Assembly (NCBI GenBank): GCA_047495785.1
Contig: JBLDXI010000009.1
Coordinates: 3,472,001 to 3,536,000 of the forward strand
DNA from: Lepidodermella squamata
Lineage: Eukaryota; Animalia; Gastrotricha
Length of the DNA stretch: 64,000 bases
Direction of reading: 5' to 3'
In this document: positions 11,983 through 23,439 of the stretch, piece by piece
How positions within the stretch are numbered: position 1 is the first letter of the stretch
Layout: each line of letters starts with the position of its first letter
The notes under the pieces: generated by a model
Told to the model about the DNA's origin: nothing
The model's database searches: none
Seen by the model: the letters and a program-made list of their open reading frames with translations, nothing else
Translations under genes and position numbers: made by a program

Positions 11983-13482
11983 ATGTGTTTCACCTGCAAA
12001 TTCAGAAAGCTGGTTTATATCGGATCGGCGATATTGTCTCTCGGCGGCATTTTCCTGGTAAAAAATAATATTTGGACCGGCAGCTCTTTTTATTTCACAT
12101 TTTTTAGATATTTTTCTCAACATCGGCTGGCTCCGACTTTTGGGACGAAAACAATCCTGGCTGGCGTAATAGCACGTATTTTTCCTCGCGAATAGCCAAA
12201 TCACTGTCTTTCGATCAACCATCAGCGAGTCATCGCGATTTTTCCGCCGATTATTTAAAACTGGCAATAGAGCAAACTTACGTTACTGAAATGAGAAAGC
12301 ATCTTCTATCAAATGAAAGTGTCCAGTTCTTATCTTTCGCTTGTGGCGATAATGAGAAGTTATGTGGAGGTTCGAAGAAATTTCCAGAATAATTTTCGAT
12401 TGTAAAACTTATTTTTATTCGCAGGTTTTGGAGACCGTGCCCGGGGCATTGTCAGCGCGTTTTATTTGGCCCTAAATACTAACCGCGTTCTTCATATAAC
12501 TTGGAAAAACGGCCCGGTCGACTTGTCCGATTATTTCAAAATTAACCACGAATTTTACGGCGTGCCACGAGAAATTTACTACGCAAAACTGAAACAATCT
12601 CTTGCCATTCCTGAAAGAGTGGAGGCTTACTACTTCCTGAACGATGCCAAAGAATGGCCGTTTTTATTATTTGCGACCAACTTGTCGGTTTCGAGCCTTG
12701 CCGAATACGACACATCTCGTGAGAGTACGAGCCTTCCAGCGCAATCATTGAATTTGTTCTAATTATCACGTGATCGTATTCGGCAAGGCTCGAAACCGAC
12801 AAGTTGGTCGCAAATAATAAAAACGGCCATTCTTTGGCATCGTTCAGGAAGTAGTAAGCCTCCACTCTTTCAGGAATGGCAAGAGATTGTTTCAGTTTTG
12901 CGTAGTAAATTTCTCGTGGCACGCCGTAAAATTCGTGGTTAATTTTGAAATAATCGGACAAGTCGACCGGGCCGTTTTTCCAAGTTATATGAAGAGGGCC
13001 GTCGATTGACTGAAGAGAACATACCTTGCTTCGCGAAAAATATTCTCCAACTACTTGTCGGTGCTGACAGCTTCATTATCTTTGTAACAGCAGATAGGGA
13101 ATCTTCAATATCTCTGTTCAGAAGTGAAATTATCAGCCATTCAGCTGTCGAATCGGGCCGGTCGAATATCGAAATGTTTACGAGTGAAGAGCGCTGCAAG
13201 GAGCTGGTCCTGCGACACTTGGAACTTGAACCTGGTGTTTCTAACGTGAGCAGCAACTCAGATAAATGGCTGGAATTGGTCAAGTCTTATGTCGATTGGC
13301 TTGGTCTAATAGAAATGGATCGCCTAGTCATTAGTCGAAGTGGATTTGCAGAGACTGCATCGTATTTTTCGCTGAAACCTACTGTTAGAATTGTACCGAA
13401 AAAGCCCACATGGTACTCCGGTGAAAATTGTGCAGCGCAACCTTTCAATATCATTGGAGGCGAAATTATGATGGAATCCTGA
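11983..13482 (+). pseudogene. Type II Golgi fucosyltransferase-like gene (NodZ/FUT8-like GT-B fold) disrupted by an inverted duplication
   Basis: Exons 11983-12057, 12108-12369, 12425-> give an N-terminal anchor and CGGFGDRARGIVSAFYLAL. The C-terminal part has SYVDWLGLIEMDRLVISRSGFAETA (fucosyltransferase motif III-like). The middle is replaced by an inverted segment, with a premature stop at 12760-12762. Confidence 0.7.
12489..12995. repeat. Perfect 222-bp inverted repeat with a 63-bp spacer
   Basis: 12489-12710 is the reverse complement of 12774-12995; ORFs 12466+ and 12961- translate to the same peptide. Confidence 0.95.
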
Positions 13483-13952
13483 GTTATCTGAGTTATCTCG
13501 TTCCCATGAATTTCATGATAAAAAAATAAATAATAAAAATCAACAAAGGAGTTGATGTGTTTGCTGCAGAATAAAATGCTATATGCTTCGATGGAATTTG
13601 CTCCACAGGAAAATGGAAAATTATATAGGAAAGTGTGTAACATTTAGAGCTTGAAAAAGACATTTGCAGGGACTTCAGATTAGGGCACAAGCCGCAAAAC
13701 AGCAAGCAAACACCGGCATCCTGTATTTATTACAACACCTCTATTTATTTTACACTGATTTCTTGTATAGCTACACACTTTGCTTTATTTATCATTAAAA
13801 ACTACCGATGCTAAATAGTCTTTCAATTTTCCAGCAATCAATTCTTGGTTTTTCGCCAGTTTTTCCAGTTCAAGCTCTAGTTCGAAGACAGGCCAATAAT
13901 TCTGAAATTAGTCAAAATCGTCGAAATTGAAAGCGCCTAGCCACTTGTAATG

Positions 13953-15220
13953 TCAGTTGCTCGACATAATAAGCAATATTCCACCGTTGATGAGGAGGAG
14001 AAGTATCAAGGTGATCAAAAAAGCAATGGCATCTATAAGTCTGCCCACACTCATGCGACAACTGCAAACGCTGACCTTCTTCCTAAAACGCTTTTCGAAG
14101 GACACGAAAAGGCCACTCGTCAAAGTTGCGTATATGGTCACAACGAGAGCTATACCTATGTCGTAGGTCACCATATGCATCAGCCATAACGACTCTGAAG
14201 TCTTGGGAACATTATTGATGAGAGTATCCTATGGGAAACGGGAAATTAACAAATTTACGTTACGGTATATCCGAAATGTAACCTGAGCGACAGAGCAAGC
14301 TAATAGCATTGTAACTGCAAATCCAGCACGATTCGAATCGCCAAAAGGCATAAGAAATGTAGCTAATTCGATGAAAGCTCGCGCGATATTTGGCATTATC
14401 AGCGACTGGATGTAGTAGAACAAACGGCGTTTAAGCAGAATTCGGAAATCGAGAGTGTATAAGCCAAAATCATCCGTAGCCATTCTCTCGTAATGTATGT
14501 GACCTTCAGGTACTAAAGTAACCTCCCACGCCGCATTTGACTTGAGGAAAAATGGCGCTGCCGCGTATTTAGTATCGATGGTCGCAGAGGTGATCTCAAC
14601 AGACTTCTTGCCCTGCCAAAGAGCAAATTGGAACCTGTAAATTCAGCGAGGGGAGATTTTTCTCCATTTTGTATTTACTCCTTAATATCTTACGAGCAGT
14701 TTTGCTTGTCGAAGGGAAAGTAAACAAGGTGTAAAGGACACTCCGCAGCTAAAATTCCACTCCAGGTATACCCGATGTTGCCTTGAAACGGTGCTATTCC
14801 GACGGCAAAGCTCGCCGATGACAAGCCATAGTCCACTATAGAATTGGCATGCACTAGAGGTGGACGCCATATTTGGTCAGTTGCAGCAGGCATTCTTAAA
14901 AGCCAGTAATCAGATGCGGATAAACTTGAACCGTAGTAGTACTTCGCTCTCTGCTTGATGCAATCTACGTCAAGGTTCACAGTTAAAGCAGCTTGGACGG
15001 TTATGGACTGAGATATGTCATCAACATCCTTGAAGCGGAATACCGTGAAAGTAACTGATGTCTTCACTGGTGTGCTTCTGTTGTTGGCTTCATTAGGGGC
15101 AATGGCGAAAGGAGTTAGTGAGCAGTCTTCGAAGATAGCTAATCTACGGCTATCAGTATCCGACGTGCCACATGCTTCCATTACGAGTAAGGCAAAACAA
15201 AGTGAAAACATACCCCTCAT
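13953..15220 (-). CDS. Cys-loop ligand-gated ion channel subunit, divergent nAChR/5-HT3-like (copy A, 384 aa)
   Basis: Exons 15220-14694, 14634-14283, 14228-13953 in frame. Signal peptide, IWRPP, Cys-loop CPLHLVYFPFDKQNC, M1-M4, M2 RAGFAVTMLLA, PKTS in the M2-M3 loop. Confidence 0.9.
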
Positions 15221-15323
15221 TCCCCTAGCGAATTTCGTAATGGAACCGATCTGAGTCGAAAACACTCCCCGTTCTCAAGGTTTGCTTTTCATTAAAAAAT
15301 TGCTCCTTGTAAATAAAAAATCA

Positions 15324-15485
15324 CTAAACATGACTCAGCATCTTAGTTAGGAGAATCCCGCCTTAATAAGCAGCAGAATAAAGAGAGTTATAGCGAATCC
15401 GCTTGTGTCGATCAGTCGGCCAACTGTAATTCGATCCTTTCTTACAACCATTTCGCGTTCGAATTTGCTGCGAAACGCTGCATTA
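15324..15485 (-). pseudogene. 3' fragment (M3-M4 linker and M4) of a channel gene C duplicate
   Basis: Near-identical to 19107-19268 with a 1-nt deletion; cut off at the LINE remnant. Confidence 0.85.
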
Positions 15486-15489
15486 GCAT

Positions 15490-17380
15490 GCGTTAGTTTT
15501 ATTTATAGTAGGCCCTCCGCCGGGCGGCGCTATAGGCACAGTGGATTAAAGACAACGAGTACAGTATTGCCCCCCATGCTACTGAGGGCTCTAAACATAA
15601 CCGGTTATTTAAACGAGCACAGAGTTCGATAATATGTATTGTTTTGGTTTTTGTATATTTCTTTACTTTTCTTTATTTGTATATTTATATATAATTCTTT
15701 ACTGAATCATATAAAAGTAGAAAATTGCCGGTGAGTTCGTTGAGTCGGTCGACGAGTCGGTCGTTGACGTCGTCGAGCCGGCGAACCGGGTTTCCGGGCA
15801 GATCAAGGCTCAGCAGGGCTCGAGATTCAAGGCTCAATGTCTGGAATAAGAGCAGCAAAATAATAGCTAATTTAGCTCAGTACTTACGGCTTGCGAAATG
15901 GGCAGAAGGCAAATAACTAATGTTGGACTGAAGGTTCGGAGTTAGGCTCATGTAGATCTGAAGGCTCAAGGCTCGGCGTCACAGGAGTCACAGGATCTGA
16001 AACGACTAGAGGAGGCATTAATTTTATCGAAGGCTCAGTTACCCTTTCAATCTCAAGGCGGGGATCGGGTACAACGCAGCGCATCAAGGTCCTTTGGGCA
16101 AAAAAGAGCAACCAGGCAGGTATTTCTTAGGCTTGAAGAAAGCGGTTATTTGGTGGCAATCTGATTTCGCAGGTTTAACATATTGTCTCAGATGCCACGC
16201 TAGACAGTGCTGTTCCAGCATTCGTTTCGCGAAAGCATCGGGTTGCTGGCTCGCAACGTATTCAATGCATTATTGCATGCTGTTGTCAGCTTCAAGACAG
16301 CGGGCAGCGCATAGGGACATTGCGCTTTCGAAAACATCAGTGATTGCTTCGACACCAGCTTCGACCACCACCAAAACGGGTCACATTCGAATGGTAAATT
16401 GAGCGCGGCTCTCAGCCCGCACATCTGAAAGTTGAACAGGCGAAGTTTAGTCGATTTCGACGTGCAGAACCAGGCAGATGCTCCATAGCTTAAATAGTAC
16501 GCTGTCGATCAGAACCTGGCTGAACATGACATACAGCTCGGAGGATAACATCTCTCTTCTGGCAATTCAATAAAGACTGGCAGCTCTTGATTTCGTTTTC
16601 GCCGAGAATCGATCCAGGTCACGTTCTCAGGACAGTTTCGTCGTAATCGTTATCCGAGGTAGTTCACCTCATTTACCTGTGGGATGCGCTGGCCACCAAT
16701 TGCTAGCAGGACAGTTGGGGACGAAGCCCCATGATGGCCTATATGATTAAGCTTTCGCATTTTGATGGGTTGAGCTCCAGTCGCCATCTCGTGCACCAGG
16801 CCTCTGTAGATCGGAGGCGCGTTTGAAGCCTCGCAACGCACTGCTCGTAGTTTGGGCCTAAAGCCCGATTTGCACCATCATCAGCGTAAGTACTTGCACC
16901 AACGCTCTTCCTGCCGTCGTCCGGTTGAACGGTCAGCGGCTGCATTTCCGCTGTTTAGAAAATGATAAGCAGTGGACTGAGTGGACTGCCCAGGGGAACT
17001 CCGCACTTAATATGTATGTTTTTACTCACTTAGCTCGTTGCCGACGCGTACTCGGAAGGATTTGTCGTCGAGAAAGTTGGCGACCCAGCATACAAGGGGT
17101 TCGGGAGCTCCAGACTCCTTTGAGTTTCTGTATAAGGCCGGCGTGCCACACGGTGTCAAAGGCGGCCTTGAAATCCAGGAACACCGCAACCAACTTCACG
17201 TGGAGAGCCATTGCAAGAGCTGCATCGCTGCATTGCTGCTGACCTTTTCGGATCGCTGCGCCATCAAACGAAGATTTTTCTCGCAGTCTTTTGCTTGCTC
17301 TTTGCCGATCAGTTGCTGAAGTTCTCGGTTGATTCAATTCACCTCGGTTTTCACTTCAGCCGAGATCCGATTTATTTCGC
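15490..17380 (-). mobile_element. Degenerate non-LTR retrotransposon (LINE) with reverse transcriptase remnant
   Basis: Frameshifted RT motifs AVFLDFKAAFDTVWHAGLIQKL, a GVPQGS-like GSPLSPLL, YADD, WRLELNPSKC, VNEVNYLG; AATAAA-containing 3' end near 15495-15510. Confidence 0.85.
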
Positions 17381-17736
17381 TCCGATAAAGTGTGTTTGGT
17401 GTTACAGGAAAATTAACGGAAAATTCATAACATTTTAGAGCTTTTCAAAATATATTAGATATTTGTCGTTTTGGATTTATTGGGTGCAACCGCAAAAACA
17501 AAACAAGCAAACACCGGCATTCTATCGTTATTATCACAACACCGCTGTTAACTTTACACACTGATTTATCGTAGCTACACGGCTTTCTTCATTTTTGAAT
17601 ATAAAGTACAGATGCCAAAACGAGTCATTCAATTTTTCAGCAATCAATTCTTTGTTTTTTCGCGAGTTTTTCCAATTCAAGCTCAAGTTCCAAGATGAGC
17701 CGACAATTAATTCTTTAAAGTAGTAAACTTAGCCAC

Positions 17737-18999
17737 TTAGTTGCTCGACATAATAAGCAATATTCCACCGTTGATGAGGAGGAGAAGTATCAAGGTGATC
17801 AAAAAAGCAATGGCATCTATAAGTCTGCCCACACTCATGCGACAACTGCAAACGCTGACCTTCTTCCTAAAACGCTTTTCGAAGGACACGAAAAGGCCAC
17901 TCGTCAATGTTGCGTAAATGGTCACAACGAGAGCTATAAATATGTCGTAGGTCACCATTTGCATCAGCCATAACGACTCCGAAGTCTTGGGTACATTTGA
18001 GATGAGAGTATCCTATATTGAAACAGTTGAAGAAAATTTGCGTAGTGGTATGTCCAAAAGTTAACCTGAGCGACGGAGCACGCCAGCAGCATTGTAACTG
18101 CAAATCCAGCACGATTCGAATCGCCAAAAGGCATAAGAAACGTCGCTAATTCGATGAAAGCTCGCGCGATATTTGGCATTATCAGCGATTGGATGTAGTA
18201 GTCCAAACGGCGTTTCAGCAGAATTCGGAAATCGAAAATGTGAGAGCCAATATCTTCCATAGAACTTCCATCGTACTGTATGTGACCTTCAGGTACTAAG
18301 GTAACATCCCACGCCGCATTTGACTTGAGAAAGAAAGGTGTTTGCGTGTATTGCTTATCGATGGTCGCAGAGGTGATCTCAACAGACTTCTTGCTCTGCC
18401 AAAGAGAAAATTGGAACCTAAATTTTGCAAGAGGAGATTTTTTCTCCATTTCTAGTTTATTTTATTTCTTACGAGCAGTTTTGCCTGTCGAAGGGAAAGT
18501 AAACGAGTTTTAACGGGCACTCCGCAGCTAAAATCCCACTCCATGAATAAGTTATGTAGCCGTGAAATGGTGATATTAAGACGGCAAAGCTCGCCGATGA
18601 CAAGCCATAGTCCACTATAGAATTGGCATGCACTAGAGGTGGACGCCATATTTGGTCTGTTGCAGTAGGATGATTTAAGAACCAAAAATCAGATGCGGAT
18701 ATACTTGGCCCGAAGTAGTATTTCGCTCTCTGAGCGATGCAATCTACTTTCAGGGTCAAACTCAAAGCGGCCTGGACGGTTATGGACTGAGTTATGTCAT
18801 CAACATCCTTGAAGCGGAATACCATGAAAACAACTGATGTATTCACTGGTGTGCTTCTGTTGTTGGCTTCATTAGGGGCAATGGCGAAAGGAGTTAGTGA
18901 GCAGTCTTCGAAAATAGCTAATCTCCGGCTATCAGTATCCGACGTGCCATATGCTACCGTTAAAAGCAAGGCAAAACAAAGTGAGAATATGCACCTCAT
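17737..18999 (-). CDS. Cys-loop ligand-gated ion channel subunit (copy B, 384 aa)
   Basis: Exons 18999-18473, 18417-18066, 18012-17737; Cys-loop CPLKLVYFPFDRQNC; four TM helices; closest paralog of copy A. Confidence 0.9.
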
Positions 19000-19106
19000 T
19001 CTCCGAGCGAATTTCGAAATGGATCGAGCAGATCTGTTTCAAAGACACTCCCCCTCTCAACATTTGTTTTTCATTAACAAAAATTTCCTTCTTTGCAAAT
19101 AAATAA

Positions 19107-20369
19107 CTAAACATGACTCAGCATCATAGTTAGGAGAATTCCGCCATTAATAAGCAGAAGAATAAAGAAAGTTATAGCGAATCCGCTTGTGTCGATCAGT
19201 CGGCCAACTGTAATTCGATACTTTCTTACAACCATTTCGCGTTCGAATTTGCTTCGAAACGCTGCATTCAAACCGGCTGTAAGCGCAGCGTAGAAAGTTA
19301 CGATAAACGCCAAGCTTGTGTCAAGCGTTACGAGATGCATGAGCCAAAGACTTTCCGATGTTTTCGGTACGTTCGAAATCACACTGTCCTGAATACAGCT
19401 AGATAGATACATACTCGTTCATGTTGACATTTCTGTTACCTGAGCAACCGAAACGGCGAGCAGCAAGGTGATAGAAAAGCCAGGCCGATTGGTGTCGCCG
19501 AATGGCATCAAGAACACTGCAAGCTGAAGAATTGCTCGAAAAAAGCTTGGTATCACCAAATTATAAATAAAGTAGAACGAACGACGAGACAGGTGGAAGT
19601 CTATTTTAATCAAATGGTAGCCTGTTGTTTGCAGGGATGAATCGTATTGCACACTGGATTCCATCGATGTTATTTCCCATCCTGAGTTGGGCTTTTGAAA
19701 GGATAATGGATCTAGCTTCATTATTGTTGGCTTTGATGCTTGAATCATAGCCGAGCTCTGCCAAATTGTGAACTCATAGCTATAGGGCTAATATGAGATA
19801 CAGCTTACGGGCATGAGAAATAGAAAAACCCACGAGCAAGTTTGATTGTCGAAAGGAAAGTTGACCAGCTTTAAACTGCACTCTGCCACGAAGAGTCCAG
19901 TCCACTGGAATCGAATTTGACCCTGAAAGGGAAACATGACAATGTTGTAGTTATGCTGTGCCAAGCCGAAGTCTTCTTGTGCATTTGAATGGGATACGGT
20001 CGGCCGCCATATTTGGTCGAAACCAGAATATAGGATCCAAGTCTGCAAAATCGGTGCGTCCCCGAATTCTTTGGTGGTATTGTAATAACTGACTCGATCA
20101 GCTATGCAATCGATGTTGAACGTCAGCTGTAGCGAGGACAGTAAAGAAATGGTTTGTTCGACGTCGTTTATTTCTTTGAACTTGAAAAGCAACATGGTTG
20201 TATCCATTGGAACGGGCTTTTCAGGATTTCTCTCATTTAGGGCTGTTACTAATGGTGTAAGCCAGCAATCATTTATTACAGCAAGCCGTAATTTATCAGG
20301 AGGGGTGTCTGAAGCCATCAGCAAATGAAAAAAAGCAACAAAATAATAACCCGTGACGTCGAATTTCAT
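19107..20369 (-). CDS. Cys-loop ligand-gated ion channel subunit (copy C, 385 aa)
   Basis: Exons 20369-19834, 19779-19440, 19388-19107; Cys-loop CSLKLVNFPFDNQTC; M2 RPGFSITLLLAVSVAQ. Confidence 0.9.
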
Positions 20370-20713
20370 AGTATAATATTAATTTATTATCAGCATGAAA
20401 ATTGGACTTGAATTAAGAAAACATGTGCAGTTTAGCAGTCTTCCAGCATTGGTGCTCCTTTCTGTCAATAAATAATAAATAATTAAACTGTAAGAAAATT
20501 AGATGGACAAGTAAATATTGGAGTTATTGCCACAGCAAGTAAATCAATCGTGCGCTAATTTCCAATATTGGAATCAATGTCTTGATCACATCTGAAAACG
20601 AGTTTCTTTGCTTCTTCATTTTTGAAAGCGAAGAGCTGGCCACTGATGTTTATAGAGTTATACGGTAGTAACAATTATCAGACTGTGATGAGAAGATCCA
20701 CAGACTCAAACTT

Positions 20714-21958
20714 CTAATAGCGATACATCATGGTTAGAATAATTCCAGCATTGATCAGCACTAATGAAACCAGTGCCACCGTGAAACCGACACAGTCCAC
20801 AATCCGGCCGACAGTGATTCGCTTACTCAGCACAGTGATTTTGCGTTTGAAGAACTTGCGAAAAGCTTCATTGAAACCACTTGTGAGAGCTGCATAGAAA
20901 GTGACAATAAAAGCTAGCCCAGTATCGTAAGAGACCAGGTGCATGAGCCACAAACTTTCAGAGGTTTTGGGGATATTTGCTATCAGGCTATCCTGTTTTT
21001 GGCAATTACATAGAATATAATACTAATATTCGAATGCGTTCAGTTATACCTGAGCAACGGAAACAGCAAGAAGCAATGTGATGGAGAATCCTGGCCGATT
21101 GGTATCACCGAATGGCATCAAGAACACTGCAAGCTGAAGAATTGCTCGAAAAAAGCTTGGCACAACCAAGTTATAAATAAAATAGAAGGACCTCCGAACG
21201 AGACGAAATTCGATTCTCATGATATGAAAGCCAAAAGATCGCAATTCACTTGCTCTGACACTTGAGTTGATGGACTTTATTTCCCACCCTGAATTTGCAT
21301 TTTGAAACGACTCCGCATCCATTTTCTCAATAGCTGGCTTCGCTACCTTGGCCATTGCTGGACTTTGCCAGATCGTGAACTCAAAACTAATCAATTCGTA
21401 TTCATTATAATATCATTATTCAGAGGCAACTTACAAGCAAGATTGGTTATCAAATGGAAAGTTGGTGAGCTTCAAGCCACATTCTGCTACGAATAGACCT
21501 GTCCATTGCCATCGAATGGAACCAGCAAACGGTGTGACAACAATGTTTTTTGAGAGTTGCTCTAACCCAAAGTCAGCTTGAGCATTCGAGTGAGATATTG
21601 GTGGCTTCCAGATCTGATCGAGCCCGGAGACTATCATCCAGGAAGGCGGAATGGGCGAATCTCCAAACTCTTTAGTTTCGTTGTAGTATCTCGTTCTTTC
21701 AGCTATGCAATCTACCCGGAACGTAAGCATGAGCCCTGCTAGAAGAGATATTGTTTGCTCGACGTCGTTTATTTCCTTGAACTTGAACAACAACATGAAT
21801 GGAGATACTTCTACCGGTTTTTCTGGATTTTTCTCATTTAGAGAGTTAACCCATGGCGTGATCCAACAATCGTTGATTACCGCTGATTTCAGATTGTCGG
21901 GAGGAGACATTCCTGTTGCCGCTCGAATAATGATCGCAGATATTAAAACGATAATCAT
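20714..21958 (-). CDS. Cys-loop ligand-gated ion channel subunit (copy D, ~379 aa)
   Basis: Exons 21958-21435, 21386-21050, 20992-20714; Cys-loop CGLKLTNFPFDNQSC. Confidence 0.9.
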
Positions 21959-22186
21959 AGCTGAAATTCACGAAGATTTTTCCTGGGTAACTTGGCTGAA
22001 CTACGTTTCAGGCCCCTCGGATTCGAACCCAACGAAGAAACTTCTTCATCAATGATGGTTGATTTCCTTGCGCCTTTTTTACGATGAATTATTTATCATG
22101 CTACCGTTTCTCACCTTAACGAAACCTGTCAGTCAAACATGGTGTTGAACAACAAAATTAGTTGCATGAAGCATATCACACCGATT

Positions 22187-23439
22187 TTACTTGCTGGAAT
22201 GATTTAACATGGTAGAAATGATACCTGCGTTGATCAATAGAAGCATAAGGAAGGTTAAAGTGAAACCGCCTACGTCCACCAAACGGCCGACACTAACACG
22301 ATATTTCCAAATAAAAATTAGGCGTTGAAAAGTCTTTCGAAAGGCTACATTCAATCCGCTGGTAAATGCAGCGTAGAACGTCACAAAGAAGGCGAGACCT
22401 GTGTCTAAAGATACGAGATGCATTAACCACAAACTTTCAGACGTTTTTGGCACATTGGCGACTAAACTGTCCTAAAAAAATAATTATTAGAACCAGGAAT
22501 AATCTTCGGACGTAATTTTACCTGGGCTACTGAAACTGCTAGCAGTAGAGTTATTGAAAACCCAGGTCGGTTTGTATCGCCAAACGGCATAAGAAAAACC
22601 GCGAGTTGTAAAATTGCTCGTACGAAGCTTGGGACGATCAGGTTGTAAATGAAGTAGTAAGATCGCCGCGATAGATGAAAATCGATGTGCAATACATGGT
22701 ACCCGAAGTTCAGCACCTCCAAGTATTTCACGCTCGACTCAATGGCACCTATATCCCAGCCAGAGTTTGGCTTTTGGAAGTTCTCTGGATCCAGTTGACC
22801 TAAAATGGGCTTTGAAACTGTAACCATGGAAGCAGTCTGCCAGATTGAGAATTCAAATCTAAAATCAAAAGGGAATGAAAAATTCTCCACCAAGAAGGAA
22901 AAATCTCACGAGCAGGTTTGGTTATCAAATGGAAAGTAGACCAGCTTGAGGCTACACTCTGCATTGAATTGTCCTGACCACTGGAATCGAATTTGACCCT
23001 CAAAGGGATTCATCATGATGTTGTAGTTGAAGCCTTCCAGGCCAAAATCACCCTGAGAATTTGAGTGTGATACTGGCGGTCTCCATATGTGATCCATACC
23101 AGAATAAATCAACCAAATAGCTGGTACTTCTCCATATTCCTTAGTCTCATTGTAATAGGCAGCACGTTCCACAAGGCAATCCACATGAAAAGTCATCTGA
23201 AGAGAAGCAAGCAGCGATATCGTTTGCTCTACGTCGTTTATTTCTTTGAATCTGAACATCATCAGTGACGTGTCCACCGGCACTGGCTTCTCTGGACATC
23301 TCTCATTTAATGAAGTCACAAGAGGGGTCAACCAACAGTCTTTAATAATCGCCAATCGTAAAGCATCAGGATCGTGGGTGGAAGCTAAAGCCGATTTACA
23401 GGCAATGCTTAAAAGGACAGATGCCCACGTACAATTCAT
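22187..23439 (-). CDS. Cys-loop ligand-gated ion channel subunit (copy E, 383 aa)
   Basis: Exons 23439-22910, 22858-22522, 22471-22187; Cys-loop CSLKLVYFPFDNQTC. Confidence 0.9.

Larger units (their letters stand above)
13640..19268. repeat. Tandem segmental duplication: ~13640-15485 is a copy of ~17430-19268
   Basis: 3' flank, whole channel gene A/B, intergenic spacer and the 3' end of gene C all align; the two units are separated by a LINE remnant. Confidence 0.85.

Noticed and set aside
12542-12961. Independent antisense gene
   Set aside because: It is just the reading frame of the inverted duplicate.
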